Assembly (NCBI RefSeq): GCF_009914755.1
Contig: NC_060928.1
Source: the human T2T-CHM13v2.0 reference genome, Homo sapiens
Direction: 5' to 3' (one strand)
DNA length: 64,000 nucleotides
Part shown: positions 63,008 to 64,000 of the stretch, one piece after another
Layout of the letters: each line of letters opens with the position of its first letter
Numbering within the stretch: position 1 is the first letter of the stretch
The notes under the pieces: model-generated
Seen by the model: the letters and a program-made list of their open reading frames with translations, nothing else
Databases searched by the model: none
Told to the model about the DNA's origin: nothing
Made by a program: the position numbers and the translations under genes

Positions 63008-63658
63008 ATAATTTATTTTTTTAGAGCAGTTTTGGGTTCACAGAAAAACTGAGAAGGAAAGAGAGAGTTCCCACATAGTCCCCCTTACACACTCTTCCTA
63101 CTTTCACACACACAGCCTCCTCCATCATCAACATCCCATATTAATGTGGTACATTTGCTACAATCAATGAGCCTACACTGGCACATGATTATCAACCGAA
63201 GTCCATAGTTTACATTTGGGTTCACTTCTGGTGTACATTTTACAGGCTTTGACAATTGTATAATGACATATATTTACCATTTATCATATGGAAGAGTTTC
63301 AGCATCCTAAGATCCTTTGCCCTCTATTTATCCATCCTTTCTTCTCTCTAAACACTTGCAACCACTGATCTTTTTAACTCTCTCCATAGTTTGCCTTTTC
63401 TAGAATGTTATGTAGTTGGAATCATATTGTATGTAATCTTTTCATATTGCTTTCTTTCACTTAGCAATATGCATTTAATAAGGTCCCTCCATCCCTTTTT
63501 GTGGCTTGATAGCTTATTTCTTGTTAGTGCTGAAAAATATTCCCTTGGTTATATGTACCACAATTTATTTATCCATTCACCTGCTGAAGGACGTCATGGT
63601 TGCCTCCAAGTTTTGGCAATTATGAATAAAGCTGCTGTAAACATCTGTGTGAAGGTTT
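63008..63658 (-). mobile_element. L1MC/MB 3' end
   Basis: tttagagcagttttgggttcacagaaaaa...catccc...gtggtacatttg...gaataaagctgctgtaaacat. Confidence 0.8.
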
Positions 63659-64000
63659 TAGACTCTTCAGTCCTCTATAAACCTCACATCCCATAATAAA
63701 CATCTGTATAACAGTTAGGGGCTTAAAAGAATTAAAATATACTATCATTTGATGCATGTATTATAATTTCCTAACTATTAATAGAAAGCAGGCTCAAAGA
63801 TAAGAAGGGCTCATCCAAGGCCACATAGCGTGGAGGTGGAAGAGCAACAACTCAAGTTCTTTAAACATCTCTCTTATCCCTCTAGGTTGTCAGTCCTAAT
63901 ATTTTGTGTTTTGAATTCACCCTTTCATGTCCACTGCCACCAGTGTGGTTCAGAAAGACTTCTTGTTCTTTGCATGAACCCTCACCACACTCTCCTAATC

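Overview
This is primate (very likely human) intronic DNA, not prokaryotic. The only supported coding feature is one 251-nt internal exon on the minus strand (13373-13623). Its translation matches, from memory, RNF150 (a GRAIL/Goliath-family PA-TM-RING E3 ligase), so the rest of the window is probably flanking intron. Most of it is interspersed repeat: about 12 Alus (one an intact AluYa5), L1s of several ages (including an L1PA2 and a twin-primed L1PA), a near full-length Tigger4/Zombi transposon, MER2/MER8/MER3 MITEs, THE1/MLT1/MER21/LOR1/LTR16 solo LTRs, L2/MIR and microsatellites. I found no clearly new biological system. The most unusual directly visible signals are several locally templated rearrangements (a 96-bp copy pasted into an Alu, a perfect 35-bp hairpin with an inverted loop, a 27-bp inverted copy, a snap-back insertion), a long GAA tract grown from an Alu tail, and inverted Alus bracketing the exon. 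Two decayed frames may be old envelope relics, but that is speculative. Repeat subfamily names come from recalled consensus sequences, and boundaries of old repeats are approximate.
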